Assembly (NCBI RefSeq): GCF_031393925.1
Contig: NZ_JANMWL010000073.1
Span: 1-59,659, forward strand
Direction: 5' to 3'
From: Methylibium sp.
GTDB lineage: Bacteria; Pseudomonadota; Gammaproteobacteria; Burkholderiales; Burkholderiaceae_C
Length of the DNA: 59,659 nucleotides
Below the pieces are notes generated by a model. It had not been told where the DNA came from and ran no database searches. It worked only from the letters and a program-made list of their open reading frames with translations. Made by a program: the position numbers and the translations under genes. Positions 10,098 through 22,248 of the stretch are shown here, piece after piece. Position 1 is the first letter of the stretch. Each line of letters starts with the position of its first letter.

Positions 10098-10570
10098 ACA
10101 CGACTACTCCGCTTACCGCAGCGCGTTCGGTGCGCCGCGACCCGCACGGGGCTCACGGCTCGCGTTGGGGCCGCTGGCTGATCGGACTCGCGGCGTTCGC
10201 ATTGCTCCTGATTGCCCTGCTCGGCGGCCTGGCGCTGTTCGGCGCCGAGGCTCTGCGCGCCTTCGACCTGCCGCTCGCGGTGACGATCGACGGCGTCGAG
10301 CAGGCCCGCGTCGACCTGGCGTCGTGGCCGCTCGCGCAGCGCGTGATGCTGGCGCTGGCCTTGCTGGTCGGGCTGCCGCTGCTGGCGGCGATGCTGCTGC
10401 TGGGGTTGGGACTGATGCTGGGCGTGCTGCTGCTCGCGTTCGGCCTGCCGCTGTTCGCACTGCTCGCCATTGGCGCCGTGCTGCTGGCGCCGGTGGCATT
10501 GGTGGTGCTCGCGCTGGTGTGGCTGGTGCGTCGCGGCAAGTCGCCGGCAGCCCCTGCGATGCACGCATGA
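10094..10570 (+). CDS. Hypothetical membrane protein in the LytS/LytTR operon
   Basis: 158 aa, very Leu-rich hydrophobic segments; stop overlaps the regulator start (ATGA). Confidence 0.7.
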   Translation: MNTTTPLTAARSVRRDPHGAHGSRWGRWLIGLAAFALLLIALLGGLALFGAEALRAFDLPLAVTIDGVEQARVDLASWPLAQRVMLALALLVGLPLLAAMLLLGLGLMLGVLLLAFGLPLFALLAIGAVLLAPVALVVLALVWLVRRGKSPAAPAMHA

Positions 10571-11436
10571 GCGACACGCCCTCCACCGCGGGCGCATGGC
10601 GCGCCGTGCTGGCCGACGACGAGCGGCTGATGCGCGAGCAATTGCGCGCGCGGCTCGCCGAGGTCTGGCCCGAACTCGAGATCGTGGCCGAAGCGAAGAA
10701 CGGCGCCGAGGCCCTCGCCCTGGTGCGCGAGCACCGGCCCGACCTGGTGTTGCTGGACATCCGCATGCCGGGCATGACCGGCATCGAGGCGGCGCGCGAG
10801 ATCGTGCAGCTAGGCGACGACGACTGGGACGGCTGCGAGATCGTCTTCATCACCGCCTACGACGAGTACGCGGTCGAAGCCTTCGAGCAGGGCGCGGTCG
10901 ACTACGTGTTGAAGCCCGCCGAGCGCGAGCGGCTCGCGCTCACCGTGGCGCGGCTCCAAGGGCGGTTGGCCCAGCGCCGCGACAGCTTGCCCGCGCCGGC
11001 CGGCCAGCCCGGCACCTTGCCAGCGAGCGCCGACGAGCGCCGCGCTCTGCCCTTGCAGCAGTTGCTGCACCAGCTCACCCAGCGCCTGAACCCGGGCGCG
11101 ACCGCGCCGAGCTATCTGCGCTGGATCCAGGCGACGGTCGGCCAGCAGATCCAGATGATCGCGGTCGAGGAGGTGCTGTTCTTCATCTCCGACGAGAAGT
11201 ACACGCGCGTGCAGACGGCGACGATAGAAGCGCTGATCAGGAAGCCGATCAAGGAACTGGTCGACGAGCTGGACCCGCAACTGTTCTGGCAGATCCACCG
11301 CTCCACGCTGGTCAACACCAAGGCGATTGCCGGCGTGAGCCGCGACCTGCGGGGGCGCCAACTGGTGGCCGTGAAAGGCCATCCCGAAAAGCTGGAAGTG
11401 AGCCGCAGCTACGCGCAGTTGTTCAAGGGGATGTAG
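10567..11436 (+). CDS. LytTR-family response regulator
   Basis: REC domain (LADDE, LLDIRMPGMTG, FITAYD, DYVLKP) plus LytTR domain (FWQIHRSTLVN, LEVSRSY). Confidence 0.93.
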   Translation: MSDTPSTAGAWRAVLADDERLMREQLRARLAEVWPELEIVAEAKNGAEALALVREHRPDLVLLDIRMPGMTGIEAAREIVQLGDDDWDGCEIVFITAYDEYAVEAFEQGAVDYVLKPAERERLALTVARLQGRLAQRRDSLPAPAGQPGTLPASADERRALPLQQLLHQLTQRLNPGATAPSYLRWIQATVGQQIQMIAVEEVLFFISDEKYTRVQTATIEALIRKPIKELVDELDPQLFWQIHRSTLVNTKAIAGVSRDLRGRQLVAVKGHPEKLEVSRSYAQLFKGM

Positions 11437-13525
11437 GCGCCGCAGCAGCGCGCGCCGCGAATTGCGCGCGCAGCGCCTTCAAGCGCTCGCGCGGGTCTTC
11501 CTGCACGCGGTTCTCGTCGAGCTTCATCTCGGCGATGAAGCGGCTCGGCGCGCCGGCCACCGTCTCGCGACCGCGCTTCCTGCGCTTGAGCCAGCTCACC
11601 GCCAAGGTGCTGCGCGCGCGCGTGATGCCCACGTACATCAGGCGGCGCTCTTCCTCGAGCCGCTGCACCAGCGACTCGGGCGTGAGCGACTCGTCGTCCA
11701 TCTTGAACGGCAGCAAGCCCTCGTTGACGCCCACCAGCATGACGTGCGGCCATTCCAGCCCCTTGGCGGCGTGGAGCGTGGACAGCGTCAGCACGTTCTG
11801 CTCGTCGCCGCGCTCGGCCAGGCTCAGGATCACGGCGATGGTCTGGGCGACTTCGAGCACGCTTTTCTTCTCGGTCTCGACGGTGCCGCCCACGTCCTGC
11901 ACCATCTCGCCGCCGCAGCGCTTGGCGATCCAGTCGACGAAGTCGAGCACGTTGGTCCAGCGCGCGGTCGCCAGCTTTTCGCTGTCTTCACCGTCGTGCA
12001 GGTGCTGCTCGTAGTCGATGTCCTTCAACCAGCCCAGCAGCAGCGGCCTGGCTTCTTCGGCGCCGCGGGTGTGGCGTGCGCGCTGCTCCAGATCGTTGAC
12101 GAAACGGCCGAACTCATGCAGCGAGCCCAGCGCCTTGGCGGTGAGCGCCGTACCCAGTGAATCAGCGAACAGCGCCTCGTAAAGAGACACCTTCCACTGG
12201 CCGGCAAATTGGCCGAGCGCGGCCAGCGTCTGGTGGCCGATGCCACGCTTGGGCGTGGTCACCGCGCGCAGGAAGGCCGGGTCGTCGTCCTGGTTGACCA
12301 AGAGGCGCAGCCAGGCGCACAGGTCCTTGATCTCGGCGCGGTCGAAGTAGCTCTGCCCGCCCGACACCTTGTACGGAATCTGCGCCTTGCGCAGCGCCTG
12401 CTCGAACACGCGCGCCTGGTGGTTGGCGCGGTAGAGGATGGCGAAGTCCTTCCACTCTATGGCCTGGCCTTCGGGCGCGCCCGCGCCGAGCACCGCACCG
12501 CCCTGCGCGCGCAGTGCCTGGATGCGCGCCACCGCGCGCTCGGCCTGGTGTTCTTCGCTGTCGCACTCGATCACGCGCACCGGATCGCCGTCGCCGTGAT
12601 CGCTCCAGAGTTTTTTCTCGAAGATCTTCGGGTTGGCGGCGATCACGCAATTGGCCGCGCGCAGGATGTTGCCGGTGGAGCGGTAGTTCTGCTCCAGCGC
12701 GATCACCTTCAGCTTCGGGTAGTCCTCGGGCAGGCGCTTCAGGTTGTCGATGGTGGCGCCGCGCCAACCGTAGATGGACTGGTCGTCGTCGCCCACCGCG
12801 GTGAACATGGCGCGCTCGCCGGTCAAGAGCCGCAGCAGCGCGTACTGCTGCGCGTTGGTGTCCTGGTACTCGTCGACCAGCACATGGCCGAGCGCAGCCT
12901 GCCATTTGCCGCGCACCTCGGCCTCGCGCGTGAGCAGCGCCACCGGCAGGCCGATCAGGTCGTCGAAGTCGACCGCCTGGTAGGCCGAGAGGCGCTCCTG
13001 GTAGCGCGCCATCACGCGGGCGGCCTGGATCTCGTCGGGGTTGGCCGCCTGCGCCTCGGCTTGCGCGGCGTCCAGGCCCTGGTTCTTCCACAGGCTGATG
13101 GCCCACTGCCAGCGGCGCGCGGTGGCCGCGTCGGTGGTGCCACCGGCGTCGCGCAGGATGCCGTGTACGTCGTCCGAATCGAGGATCGAGAAGGTGGGCT
13201 TGAGGCCGAGCGCCGCACCGTCCGCGCGCAGCAGGCGCACGCCGAGCGCGTGAAAGGTGCTGATGACGAGGCCCTTGGCCGCCTTGGCGCCGACCAGCGC
13301 CTTGGCACGCTCGCGCATCTCGGCCGCGGCCTTGTTGGTGAAGGTGATGGCCGCGATCTGGCTCGGCGCCAACTCCGCGCCCGGCCCGCGCTGCAACAGC
13401 CGCGCGATCTTGTGCACGATCACGCGCGTCTTGCCGGAGCCGGCGCCGGCCAGCACCAGGCAAGGCCCGTCGAGGTGATGCACCGCCTGCATCTGGGCGG
13501 GGTTGAGCGAGGCGGGCGCGGACAA
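11423..13525 (-). CDS. rep: ATP-dependent DNA helicase Rep (UvrD/Rep family)
   Basis: LNPAQ, AGAGSGKT, TFTNKAA, VDEYQDTN, VGDDDQSIY, LEQNYRS, STLHAAKGLEW, EERRLMYVGITRA; TTG start at 13525 inferred. Confidence 0.9.
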   Translation of the reverse strand: MSAPASLNPAQMQAVHHLDGPCLVLAGAGSGKTRVIVHKIARLLQRGPGAELAPSQIAAITFTNKAAAEMRERAKALVGAKAAKGLVISTFHALGVRLLRADGAALGLKPTFSILDSDDVHGILRDAGGTTDAATARRWQWAISLWKNQGLDAAQAEAQAANPDEIQAARVMARYQERLSAYQAVDFDDLIGLPVALLTREAEVRGKWQAALGHVLVDEYQDTNAQQYALLRLLTGERAMFTAVGDDDQSIYGWRGATIDNLKRLPEDYPKLKVIALEQNYRSTGNILRAANCVIAANPKIFEKKLWSDHGDGDPVRVIECDSEEHQAERAVARIQALRAQGGAVLGAGAPEGQAIEWKDFAILYRANHQARVFEQALRKAQIPYKVSGGQSYFDRAEIKDLCAWLRLLVNQDDDPAFLRAVTTPKRGIGHQTLAALGQFAGQWKVSLYEALFADSLGTALTAKALGSLHEFGRFVNDLEQRARHTRGAEEARPLLLGWLKDIDYEQHLHDGEDSEKLATARWTNVLDFVDWIAKRCGGEMVQDVGGTVETEKKSVLEVAQTIAVILSLAERGDEQNVLTLSTLHAAKGLEWPHVMLVGVNEGLLPFKMDDESLTPESLVQRLEEERRLMYVGITRARSTLAVSWLKRRKRGRETVAGAPSRFIAEMKLDENRVQEDPRERLKALRAQFAARAAAAPTSP

Positions 13526-13586
13526 GGGGGATGGGGCGGGCAGGTGGCAGGGCGGGCGATCATAGCCAGCAACGGGGCGGGAAGTC

Positions 13587-13921
13587 GGCGCCGTGCGCTG
13601 CCGGGCCGGCCGGCACGCCCCCACCCGAACGCCGGTGGCGCGCTATGTGCCGGTGGCGCTGATCAAGCTCGGTCTGTACCCGGCGCTGGTGTTCGCGCTG
13701 GGCAGCGCGCCGCCATCGGGCTGGGGCTGCCGCCGGCGCACGCCGACCCGGGGGTGCTCACGCTCGTCGCCGCCCTGCCCTCGGCCAGCAACATGTCGAT
13801 CCTGGCCGAGCGCTACGGCGCCGACAACGGCCGCGTGGCACGCATCATCATCAGCCCGACGGCACTCGCGTTTCTGAGTTTTTCGGCGCTGGCTTGGTGG
13901 TTCGGCGCGCGGCCGGCGTGA
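13587..13921 (+). pseudogene. 3' remnant of an AEC-family (auxin efflux carrier-like) transporter, frameshifted
   Basis: YVPVALIKLGLYPALVF in one frame continues as VLTLVAALPSASNMSILAERYGADNGRVARIII in another; no 5' part or start present. Confidence 0.7.
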
Positions 13922-13970
13922 GCCGAAAGCGCTTGCCGGGCGGCTTTTGACCACCGCCGACGGCGCGCCG

Positions 13971-16124
<2,154 letters not shown>

Positions 16125-16152
16125 AGCTCAGGCGCTTTTCAGAGAAGCCCGG

Positions 16153-16392
16153 CAAGTGCTTGATGGAAAAGAGGTTTTGCAAATAGTCATCGGGCCTGTG
16201 GAAAACTTTGTGGGAAACCTTGACACCGGTGCTGCTGACCGCTACGCCGCGTAGCAGGGCGCGCCGGAGCGGCATTTTTGGCGGCAATAATTTCTCTTTA
16301 AAATCAATAACTTATCACGTACTCCCATGATCTAGGGGGAGGCTTTTGACGCGCCTGACGTGCCGCAGCCGCAGTCAAGAATCTGGGGATAT
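16153..16392. promoter_or_regulatory. Cluster of DnaA-box-like and IHF-like sites with an AT-rich tract
   Basis: TGTGGAAAA 16197-16205 (consensus match), TGTGGGAAA 16209-16217 (1 mismatch), IHF consensus AATCAATAACTTA 16302-16314, near-IHF site 16153-16165 on the minus strand. Confidence 0.6.
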
Positions 16393-16449
16393 GTCAACAG
16401 ACGCCCGGCGCGCCTAGGGTAAACCCGGCTTGCCAGTTTCTGCTGCTGT

Positions 16450-17556
16450 TCACGCCGATCGGCGCGACAGTTCATGCACCGCATCGACCAGCACGGCCAC
16501 GTTGTCCGGCGGTGTGTGCTGGTTGATGCCGTGGCCCAGGTTGAACACATGGCCGGCACCGGCCGACGGCGCACCGAAGGCCTGCAGCACCCGCGCCACT
16601 TCGGCATGAACCTGCTCGGGTTCGGCAAACAACGCCATCGGGTCCAGGTTGCCCTGCAGCGCCACGCGCTCTCCGATGCGTCGGCGCGCCGCTCCCAAGT
16701 CCACGGTCCAGTCGAGCCCGACCACGTCGCAGCCGCTGGCCGCGACCAGCTCCAGCCACGGACCGCCGCCCTTGGTGAACACGAGCCGGGGAATGCAGAG
16801 GCCCTCGTGCTCGCGCTTCAATTGCCGCAGCACGCGCTCGGTGTAGGCCAGGCTGAAGCGCTGAAAGGCGCCGTCGGCCAGCACCCCGCCCCAACTGTCG
16901 AAGATCATCACCGCCTGGGCGCCGGCCTCGATCTGCGCGTTGAGGTAGGCCGCCACCGCGTCGGCGTTGACGGCGAGGATGCGATGCATCAGCTCGGGGC
17001 GGCGATAGAGCATGGTCTTGACGAGCCGGTAGTCGTCGCTGCCGCCGCCTTCGACCATGTAGCAGGCCAAGGTCCAGGGACTGCCCGAAAAGCCGATCAG
17101 CGGCACGCGACCGCGACCGTCCTGCGTGAGCGCGCGGCGGATCGACGACACCGCATCGAACACGTAGCGCAGCTTGTTCATGTCGGGCACCGCGAGCCGG
17201 GCGACGTCGGCCTCGTCCTTCAGCGGCCGGGCAAAGCGCGGGCCCTCGCCCGGCGTGAAGCTCAGGCCCAGGCCCATGGCGTCGGGCACGGTGAGGATGT
17301 CTGAAAACAGGATCGCGGCGTCGAGTGCGTAGCGGTCCAGCGGCTGCAAGGTCACCTCGGTGGCGAAGGCCGGGTTGGTGGCCAGGCCCATGAAGCTGCC
17401 GGCGCGCTCGCGCGTGGCACGGTACTCGGGCAGGTAGCGGCCGGCCTGGCGCATCAGCCACACCGGCGTGCAATCGGTGGGCAGGCGCAGGCAGGCGCGC
17501 AGGAAACGGTCGTTGGCCAGCGGCGGCAGGCGCGGCTCGGAGGGGTTTTCGATCAT
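16450..17556 (-). CDS. hemE: Uroporphyrinogen decarboxylase
   Basis: [47 protein letters not shown]. Confidence 0.97.
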   Translation of the reverse strand: MIENPSEPRLPPLANDRFLRACLRLPTDCTPVWLMRQAGRYLPEYRATRERAGSFMGLATNPAFATEVTLQPLDRYALDAAILFSDILTVPDAMGLGLSFTPGEGPRFARPLKDEADVARLAVPDMNKLRYVFDAVSSIRRALTQDGRGRVPLIGFSGSPWTLACYMVEGGGSDDYRLVKTMLYRRPELMHRILAVNADAVAAYLNAQIEAGAQAVMIFDSWGGVLADGAFQRFSLAYTERVLRQLKREHEGLCIPRLVFTKGGGPWLELVAASGCDVVGLDWTVDLGAARRRIGERVALQGNLDPMALFAEPEQVHAEVARVLQAFGAPSAGAGHVFNLGHGINQHTPPDNVAVLVDAVHELSRRSA

Positions 17557-17620
17557 CGCGGGATTATCCGTGCCACCCTGCGGTCGGCGCCCGGCGCGGC
17601 CTCTATCATCGCCAGCGCCC

Positions 17621-18340
17621 ATGCTCGCCAAACCGCTGATCCTGATCGTCGAAGACGAACCCGGCATCGCCGACACGCTGGCCTATGCGCTCGGCACCGA
17701 GGGCTTCGAGCCGCTGTGCTGCGCCACCGGCGAAGCGGCGCTCCAGTCGCTGGCGCGCCGTGCGCCGGCCCTGGTGATTTTGGACGTGGGGCTGCCCGAC
17801 CTGAGCGGCTTCGAGCTGTTCAAGTTGATTCGTGCGCGCTCGGACGTGCCTGTCGTGTTCTTGACCGCGCGCAGCGACGAGATCGACCGTGTGGTCGGCC
17901 TGGAGCTGGGTGCCGACGACTATGTCGCCAAGCCGTTCTCGCCGCGCGAGCTGGTGGCGCGCGTGCGGGGCGTGCTGCGGCGCTCGGCGCGTCCGAGCGC
18001 GGCGCCGGCATCCGCTCCCGCGGCTGCGCCGACCACGACGCCGATCGAGATCGACGACAGCCGCCGACGCATCCGCTTCTACGGCCGCCTGCTGGATCTG
18101 TCGCGCTACGAGTACGGGCTGCTGCGGACGCTGGCGGCGCGGCCCGGTCACGTCTACAGCCGCGAAGCGCTGCTCGCACAGGTGTGGGACGACCCCGGCC
18201 AAAGCTTCGACCGCACCGTCGATGCGCACGTGAAGACCTTGCGCGCCAAGCTCAAGGCGGTGGCGCCCGCCATCCAGCCGATCCGCACGCACCGCGGCAG
18301 CGGCTATGCGCTGGCCGACGACCTGCCGGCCGCGTTGTGA
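17621..18340 (+). CDS. creB: OmpR-family response regulator CreB
   Basis: REC domain plus winged helix; [11 protein letters not shown] and [15 protein letters not shown] characteristic of CreB; paired with creC. Confidence 0.88.
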   Translation: MLAKPLILIVEDEPGIADTLAYALGTEGFEPLCCATGEAALQSLARRAPALVILDVGLPDLSGFELFKLIRARSDVPVVFLTARSDEIDRVVGLELGADDYVAKPFSPRELVARVRGVLRRSARPSAAPASAPAAAPTTTPIEIDDSRRRIRFYGRLLDLSRYEYGLLRTLAARPGHVYSREALLAQVWDDPGQSFDRTVDAHVKTLRAKLKAVAPAIQPIRTHRGSGYALADDLPAAL

Positions 18341-19791
18341 GCCAGCGCAATCGCATCTTCATCGGCATCCTGCTCGCCTACGCGCTCGGCGTCGGCTTCT
18401 TGATGTGGCGCCTGCTGGCCGACATCGACCCGCGCTACCGCGAGTCGGCCGAGGAGTCGCTGGTGGAGACCGCCCACCTCATGGCCAGCGTGATCGAAGC
18501 GCAGGGGCCCGACGCCGCGTCGCTGGCGAGCGTGGTGCAGGGCACGCTGCGGCCGGTGTTCCGCTCGCTCTACGCCCGCGAGCTGGAGGCCGACATCTTC
18601 GGCTTCATCAAGACCCGCATCGAGCTGCGCGCGACCGTGGTCGACCGCGAGGGCCGCGTGGTGTTCGACTCGCTCGGCCGCCATGAGGGCGAAGACCATT
18701 CGCGCTGGCGCGACACGCGCATGGCCCTGGCCGGCCAGTACGGTGCGCGCACCTCGCCCGACGTCGACGGCGATGCCGCCACCTCGGTGATGTACGTCGC
18801 AGCACCCGTCCGTGGGCCGGGGGGCATCGTCGGCGCGGTGTCGATCGGCAAGCCGGTGCAGAGCTTCGGCCAGTTCGTGGCAAAGGCGCGCAAGAAGACG
18901 CTGCTGGTCGGCGCCACCTCGGTGATCGCCGTGCTGCTGCTGGTGGTGATTTTGTCGGTGTGGCTGGTGCGGCCGTTCGGCCTGGTGGCCGACTACGTGC
19001 GCTACGTGCGTGCGCAGCGCAGCTTCAGCCTGCCGCGCCTGAGCCGGCGTGCGCTCGCCACCATCGCCAGCGCCTACGACGAGATGCGCGATGCGCTGGC
19101 CGGGCGCAGCCATGCCGCCGACTATGTGCAGACCCTGACGCACGAGATCAAGAGCCCGCTGTCGGCAATACGCGGCGCGGCCGAGCTGCTGCATGAGCCC
19201 ATGCCCGAGGCCGACCGTCAGCGCTTCCTGGGCCACATCGGCCGCGAGACCGAGCGCATCCAGGAGTTGGTCGACAGGATGATGGAACTCGCCGCGCTCG
19301 AGTCGCGCCGCCAGCTCGAGCGCGCCGAGCCGGTGGCGCTGCGGCCCTTGCTCGAAGATCTGGTGGACAGTGCCCGAGCGGCCGGCGTGCCGCGGCGCAT
19401 CACGATCGAACTGGCCGCGCCCGAGGACGCCAAGGTCGAAGGCGACGTGCTGCTGCTGCGCCGCGCGGTCGGCAACCTGCTGGACAACGCACTCGATTTT
19501 TCGCCGGCCGGCGGGCGCGTCGAACTGGCGCTGCGCGTGCTGCCAAAGCGCGTCGAGGTGAGCGTGGCCGACCACGGCCCCGGCATCCCCGACTACGCCG
19601 ACGACAAGGTGTTCGAGAAGTTCTATTCGCTCGCGCGCCCGCATTCGCAGAAGAAGAGCACCGGTCTGGGACTGTCGTTCGTGAAAGAGATCGCCGAGCT
19701 GCACCGGGGCCGCGTGAGCCTGCGCAATGCGGCGGAGGGCGGCGCGGTCGCGACCCTGACGCTACCGCGGCTGACCGCCAACGCCGGCTGA
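18337..19791 (+). CDS. creC: Sensor histidine kinase CreC
   Basis: EESLVETA, LAGQYGART, SVMYVAAP, YVQTLTHEIKSPL, FEKFYSLARP and KSTGLGLSFVKEIA; GTGA overlap with creB. Confidence 0.9.
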   Translation: MSQRNRIFIGILLAYALGVGFLMWRLLADIDPRYRESAEESLVETAHLMASVIEAQGPDAASLASVVQGTLRPVFRSLYARELEADIFGFIKTRIELRATVVDREGRVVFDSLGRHEGEDHSRWRDTRMALAGQYGARTSPDVDGDAATSVMYVAAPVRGPGGIVGAVSIGKPVQSFGQFVAKARKKTLLVGATSVIAVLLLVVILSVWLVRPFGLVADYVRYVRAQRSFSLPRLSRRALATIASAYDEMRDALAGRSHAADYVQTLTHEIKSPLSAIRGAAELLHEPMPEADRQRFLGHIGRETERIQELVDRMMELAALESRRQLERAEPVALRPLLEDLVDSARAAGVPRRITIELAAPEDAKVEGDVLLLRRAVGNLLDNALDFSPAGGRVELALRVLPKRVEVSVADHGPGIPDYADDKVFEKFYSLARPHSQKKSTGLGLSFVKEIAELHRGRVSLRNAAEGGAVATLTLPRLTANAG

Positions 19792-19828
19792 GCATCGCTC
19801 CCTTCGCCATCGCCGTGCTGGGCATTGC

Positions 19829-19922
19829 GCCCACCCCCGCTGGGAAGGGCGGGGTGGGGGCCGGTGCAGTCCGACGCGCGTCCGGCCCCCATCCCCTCCT
19901 TCCCCCAAACGGGGGAAGGAGC
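19829..19922. repeat. Inverted REP doublet (REPIN-like)
   Basis: CCCACCCCCGCTGGGAAGGGCGGGGTGGGGGCC faces GGCCCCCATCCCCTCCTTCCCCCAAACGGGGGAAGGAGC; related copies at 3110 and 22155. Confidence 0.7.
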
Positions 19923-19925
19923 CGC

Positions 19926-19952
19926 TTCACGGCGACTTCACTCGCCCTTCAC
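19926..19952 (+). promoter_or_regulatory. Triple cre-tag (putative CreB binding site)
   Basis: TTCAC-ggcgac-TTCAC-tcgccc-TTCAC, exact 11-bp period, matching the known cre/blr tag TTCACnnnnnnTTCAC; directly downstream of creBC. Confidence 0.82.
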
Positions 19953-20046
19953 ACACCCCGCGCGCACTTCCTACGCGCTTCTCGCGAGCGACCGAACCTC
20001 GATCCCGTGCCCGGCTTGGGCACGCCACTGATCGCAGGAGTCCTCC

Positions 20047-22143
20047 ATGCCGTCCCTCGCCCCGCGCTTGCGCTTTCCGCTGCAGCCGCTTTCGCGCCCC
20101 GCCCGCCTTTGGGCGGCAGTGCTCGGCGCGGCGTGTGCCGCCGCACTGTTGCTGGTCGCGACCGACTCGCGCGCCGACGACGCCGAGGCGCAAAAGCCCG
20201 AAGCGCCATATTTCTTCGTCGCCAGCGACGACCCGTCCACCGACCGGCTGCCGCTGAAGTCGACCGAGGTCGAGGTGCGCATCGCCGGGGTGATCGCCGA
20301 CGTGACGGTCACGCAGCGCTACCGCAACGAAGGCCAGCGCGCGATCGAGGCGCGCTACGTGTTCCCCGGCTCCACCCGCGCCGCCGTCCACGCCATGCAG
20401 GTGCGCCTGGGCGAGCGACTGCTGGTTGCCAACATCCGCGAGAAGCAGCGTGCGCGCATCGAGTACGAAACGGCCAAGAAGGAGGGCCGCACCAGCGCGC
20501 TGCTCGAGCAGCACCGGCCCAACGTGTTCCAGATGAACGTGGCCAACATCCTGCCCGGCGACGAGGTCGCGGTGGAGCTGCGCTACACCGAACTGATCGT
20601 GCCGACCGAAGGCCGCTACCAGTTCGTGTTCCCGACCGTCGCCGGCCCGCGCTACCACCGGCCCAAGAGCGCGGGCGGCAGCAGCGATTTCGTCGCCTCG
20701 CCTTACCTGGAACAAGGCGTGGCTTCCACGGCCCGCTTCGACCTGCGCGTGGCTTTTGCGTCGCCGCTGCCGGTGACCGAGCTGCGCTCCTCCTCGCACG
20801 GCATCGAGATCGAAGGTGAAGGCAGCAACGGCGCGCGCGTGGCGCTGACCGGTGAGACGACGCGCAACGACCGCGACTTCATGCTCGACTACCGGCTCGC
20901 GGGCGACACCATCAGCTCGGGGTTGATGCTCTACCGCGGCGCCACACCGGACGAGGAGAACTTTTTCCTCGCCATGGTGGAGCCGCCCAAGGCCATCGCC
21001 GCGGCGCAGATCAACCCGCGCGACTACATCTTCGTGGTCGACATCTCGGGCTCCATGCACGGCTACCCGCTGGAGACCGCCAAGACGCTGCTGCGCCACC
21101 TGATCGGCCAACTGCGCGCCAGCGACACCTTCAATGTGCTGCTGTTCTCGGGCAGCAACCGCGTGCTGCATGAGAGCTCGGTGCCGGCCACTGCCGCCAA
21201 CATCGAGCGCGCGCTGCGCACCATCGAAGCGATGGGCGGTGGCGGCAGCACCGAGATCGTGCCGGCGCTCAAACGCGTGGCTGCGCTGCCCAAGGCGCCG
21301 GACGTGTCGCGCAGCATCATCGTGGTGACCGACGGCTACGTGACGGTCGAGAACGAAGTGTTCGCGCTGGTGCGCAAGAACCTCGGCCAGGCCAATGTGT
21401 TCGCCTTCGGCATCGGCTCGTCGGTGAACCGCCACCTCATCGAAGGCATTGCGCGCGCCGGCCAGGGTGAGGCTTTCATCGTCACCAAGCCCGAGCATGC
21501 CTCGGCGCAGGCCGAGCGGCTGCGCAAGATGATCGACGCCCCGGTGCTGACGCAGGTGAAGGCGCGCTTCGACGGCCTTGATGTCTACGACGTCGAGCCG
21601 CAGCACTTGCCCGACGTGCTCGGCGGCCGCCCGGTGGTGATGTTCGGCAAATGGCGCGCGGCCAACGCGCAAGCCCCGAGCGGCCAGCTCGTGCTCGACG
21701 GCCAAGCCGCGAGCGGCAGCTGGCAAGCGGTGCTGCCGGTCGGCGCCCCTGATGGCGAGGCGGTGGCGCTGCGTCACCTGTGGGCGCGCCAACGCATCGC
21801 GCAACTCTCCGACCAGGAAGCGCTGCAGGGCGGCGGTGGCGAGCGCGACGCGATCACCGCGCTCGGGCTGCGCTACAGCCTGCTCACGCAGTACACCAGC
21901 TTCATCGCCATCGACAAGGTGGTGCGCAATCCGCTGCCCGCGGCCAGCACCACGGTCGATCACCCGCAGCCGATGCCCGCGGGTGTGAGCAACCTGGCCA
22001 TCGGCGCCGAGGTGCCGAGCACGCCGGAGCCTTCGGCGTGGCTGGCGCTGCTGGTGGTGATCGGGCTGCTGGTCGCCGCCGCATGGCGCCGCGGCGGCGC
22101 GAGCGCCAAGCGGCTGTGGCGCCTGCCGAGGCGGCTGCGCTGA
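20047..22143 (+). CDS. VIT and vWA domain protein with a C-terminal PEP-CTERM-like exosortase sorting signal
   Basis: AGGAG RBS, signal peptide, VIT region (VTVTQRYRN, EARYVFP), MIDAS DISGS/T/VTDG, TSFIAID, tail TPEP + hydrophobic helix + WRR basic cluster. Confidence 0.9.
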   Translation: MPSLAPRLRFPLQPLSRPARLWAAVLGAACAAALLLVATDSRADDAEAQKPEAPYFFVASDDPSTDRLPLKSTEVEVRIAGVIADVTVTQRYRNEGQRAIEARYVFPGSTRAAVHAMQVRLGERLLVANIREKQRARIEYETAKKEGRTSALLEQHRPNVFQMNVANILPGDEVAVELRYTELIVPTEGRYQFVFPTVAGPRYHRPKSAGGSSDFVASPYLEQGVASTARFDLRVAFASPLPVTELRSSSHGIEIEGEGSNGARVALTGETTRNDRDFMLDYRLAGDTISSGLMLYRGATPDEENFFLAMVEPPKAIAAAQINPRDYIFVVDISGSMHGYPLETAKTLLRHLIGQLRASDTFNVLLFSGSNRVLHESSVPATAANIERALRTIEAMGGGGSTEIVPALKRVAALPKAPDVSRSIIVVTDGYVTVENEVFALVRKNLGQANVFAFGIGSSVNRHLIEGIARAGQGEAFIVTKPEHASAQAERLRKMIDAPVLTQVKARFDGLDVYDVEPQHLPDVLGGRPVVMFGKWRAANAQAPSGQLVLDGQAASGSWQAVLPVGAPDGEAVALRHLWARQRIAQLSDQEALQGGGGERDAITALGLRYSLLTQYTSFIAIDKVVRNPLPAASTTVDHPQPMPAGVSNLAIGAEVPSTPEPSAWLALLVVIGLLVAAAWRRGGASAKRLWRLPRRLR

Positions 22144-22154
22144 GAGTTTTTGGC

Positions 22155-22193
22155 GCCCTCTCCCGCGTACTCGTGGGAGAGGGCGGGGGTGAG
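22155..22193 (+). repeat. REP-like hairpin
   Basis: GCCCTCTCCC-N10-GGGAGAGGGC followed by GGGGGTGAG. Confidence 0.65.
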
Positions 22194-22248
22194 CGAATTC
22201 GGCCCACGCACCCCGCCCGAACGAGCGATCAGAACGACAAGGACCGCA

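Noticed and set aside
16125-16449. Definitive oriC call
   Set aside because: Only two good DnaA boxes, a short AT-rich tract and no dnaA/gidA in the window; kept only as a hypothesis
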